From Candidatus Woesearchaeota archaeon (lineage in GTDB: Archaea; Nanobdellota; Nanobdellia; Pacearchaeales; UBA284): a stretch of 61,409 nucleotides of DNA. Shown piece by piece: positions 59,732-61,409 of this stretch. The stretch is from contig CAZCMN010000001.1 in the NCBI GenBank assembly GCA_964500015.1, positions 1 through 61,409 on the forward strand. The letters run 5' to 3'. The translations under genes and the position numbers were made by a program. The notes beneath the pieces are model-generated. The model did not search any database. It was not told the origin of the DNA and saw only the letters and a list, made by a program, of their open reading frames with translations. Position 1 is the stretch's first letter. Each line of letters begins with the position of its first letter.

Positions 59732-61294
59732 TTAGATACTCCCTAATGTCTGAACTAAGGGGGTTAAAGTTAGTAAACTAGTTTTCGAATCAGAAGTATA
59801 ATTCTCATTTCCACTTGTATTGTAAGTATAATTATAAACGCCTCCAGCTAAAGTCTGAATATCAGAGTTACTCACTTCTGTTCCATTTCTGTACAGATTG
59901 CATGTAAGTTGGCTAGGGCAATCACTTCCGGTTATATTTGTCTGTGTCCCATAAGTCTCTGTCCACGAAAGGGATGATGCCACATCCAGGATTGTTGTTG
60001 CTTTGTTGATTGTAAAAATCCAGAAATCTGAAACATTCGAATGTCCTAAGCTGTCATTTGCATAGCTTTTCCAATAATATGTTCCTACCCCTAAAATTAC
60101 TGAATATTCATAATTGCCATTTCCAAGGTTAGTCATAGAATAATTCTCTGAAATTCCAGAAAAATTACTTTCAATATAAACTGTCTGTAAATTAAGATCT
60201 GTCCAAGTTATATTAAATATAGATAAGGAAGATTCATAATTAAAAGGATAATTCTCTGTCATAGAAGACCATAAGGGGCCAATTGTATCAACTGTAAAAA
60301 AATAGTTTTTAGATGAGACATTATTGGCCCCGTCACTGATTATCGCGTTCCAAAAATATAATCCATCGAGCAAAGAGCTCCAATTAAAGGTGACTATAGA
60401 ATTATTCAAAACATTCTCTGTTGTGTTTATTAAAGCATCATTCCCAAAAAACCAAGCAGTTGTATTGCTTCCTTCTGGATCAGATGCTGTAAGATTAAGC
60501 AAGGCATAATTAACTGAAAAATTTGAATTATTTTGTGGAGAATTTATGATTATATTCGGAGGATTGTTTACCTCGGTAATAGCATTTATATTAAATCCAA
60601 GAATTGCCCAGGGTGTTCCCCCTTCTGGTAAAACCCAGCTCATATTTACAGAAGAAGAACCATTTTCAGTACTTCCAGTAGCATGTCCTCCGCTTGTTTC
60701 TAAATTCCATCTTTCTATTTGGCCTGTTCCAGGATAAGGAAGTCCACCGACAGTAAGCGAAGACATCACATCTTGGACTAAATCTCCGTTTTCACTTGAA
60801 ACAAGAACATAGGGATATTGGTCTTGGCCGAAGGATATACTCAAAGAAGAAATTGGATTTGATTGATTTACTCCAGAATAAGATATTATTCCAAATGCCA
60901 CTGCTGTATGCGTCGCTAAAGTTACATTAGTTTTCTGTGTTCCCTCTGGAGGATTAACTAGATACCATCCCAAAACTCCAGGATTGCCTGTTGATTCATT
61001 AATACTTTCTCCAAAATAAGTAAGGTCCTGTCCCCCATAAGTAACTGAAGTGACGTTTCGAACTGTTTGAAACTCACTGTAACCAATAGTAAATACCAGC
61101 AACCTGTTTGAACTAGAAGGAATAGTATGACTAAGAGAAAAAAAAGCAGCATCTCCAGACATATTAGTTACATTAGTTACTGTAATGGTTGCAAGAGCAT
61201 TTTCACTTGAAAATAAGATCAACAAAAATAGAGTTATCACAAGTATTACTACAAAGATACATCTAATTAGTCCTTTCCTTAAAAAACGCGACAT
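59732..61294 (-). CDS. N-terminal 520-aa part of the giant surface protein (signal anchor plus modules), separated from the rest by a frameshift
   Basis: MSRFLRKGLIRCIFVVILVITLFLLILF signal anchor; C-terminal module ...CPSQLTCNLYRNG...YNYTYNTSGNENYT is the same repeat as in 53217..59672. Confidence 0.75.
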   Translation of the reverse strand: MSRFLRKGLIRCIFVVILVITLFLLILFSSENALATITVTNVTNMSGDAAFFSLSHTIPSSSNRLLVFTIGYSEFQTVRNVTSVTYGGQDLTYFGESINESTGNPGVLGWYLVNPPEGTQKTNVTLATHTAVAFGIISYSGVNQSNPISSLSISFGQDQYPYVLVSSENGDLVQDVMSSLTVGGLPYPGTGQIERWNLETSGGHATGSTENGSSSVNMSWVLPEGGTPWAILGFNINAITEVNNPPNIIINSPQNNSNFSVNYALLNLTASDPEGSNTTAWFFGNDALINTTENVLNNSIVTFNWSSLLDGLYFWNAIISDGANNVSSKNYFFTVDTIGPLWSSMTENYPFNYESSLSIFNITWTDLNLQTVYIESNFSGISENYSMTNLGNGNYEYSVILGVGTYYWKSYANDSLGHSNVSDFWIFTINKATTILDVASSLSWTETYGTQTNITGSDCPSQLTCNLYRNGTEVSNSDIQTLAGGVYNYTYNTSGNENYTSDSKTSLLTLTPLVQTLGSI

Positions 61295-61409
61295 TTTAAC
61301 CAGTTTTTTCTACTATATAGGAGAATGTTTTACTTTTAAAATCTTTTCATACAATCTATTAAATGTATGAGCCAGAGACATATGTCATGGGATAACCGAA
61401 AATTAGTTC

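Noticed and set aside
53311-61370. ORFs 53311..53793, 58372..58590, 58559..58756, 60324..60509, 60546..60737, 60958..61152 and 61185..61370
   Set aside because: They are antisense or out-of-frame shadows inside the giant surface-protein gene and its upstream region, with no independent signals.
1-61409. CRISPR arrays, rRNA genes, transposases/IS elements and reverse transcriptase/DGR
   Set aside because: I found no regularly spaced 25-40-nt repeats, no rRNA-like conserved blocks, no DDE/HUH/IS-type ORF and no YxDD-type RT. The two Cas4-like genes are solo.

Overview
Low-GC, densely coding archaeal sequence (GC judged by eye, not computed). The archaeal call rests on a PolD DP1+DP2 operon headed by orc1/cdc6, an archaeal-type TyrRS, BRE/TATA promoters with short or no leaders, and an intron-containing tRNA-Ser. 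The many small orphan genes, few metabolic genes and a giant glycoprotein suggest a small-genome DPANN-like or euryarchaeal lineage (inference). Layout: (i) 0.3-20 kb is a housekeeping core with a candidate oriC at 11.26-11.71 kb next to cdc6-DP1-DP2, plus tRNA-Ser(CGA), prs and an Lhr helicase. (ii) 20.9-26.6 kb holds wHTH regulators, repeat-flanked orphan genes and a Xer-type recombinase between two GrpB paralogs. (iii) 26.7-34.15 kb is an accessory block of visibly GC-richer orphan genes. Recurring sequence modules punctuate it: one intact 54-aa AbrB/MazE-fold gene that I translated myself, two or three relic copies of its 3' end, a shared promoter and leader carrying a TGGGTACCCA-type palindrome, an 18-nt upstream motif, and a tandem Cas4-like nuclease. 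(iv) 34.15-43.5 kb is a same-strand nuclease-rich island. It contains xseA-xseB-DUF2075 nuclease/ATPase followed by two multi-TM proteins, then a membrane-anchored HNH protein with a Cas4-like nuclease and a second HNH, then an NT5C-like nucleotidase, a NYN-like gene and a DUF4258/DUF2283 toxin-antitoxin pair. I regard the two tightly coupled operons here as the best candidates for an undescribed conflict or defence system. (v) 43.6-53.1 kb holds orphan and secreted proteins, a methyltransferase, GH130, CYTH and TspO. (vi) 53.2-61.3 kb is a roughly 2,690-aa sequon-rich surface protein split by a frameshift at a C5 tract, with perfect 338-bp internal repeats. I found no rRNA, CRISPR array, reverse transcriptase or recognisable transposase.
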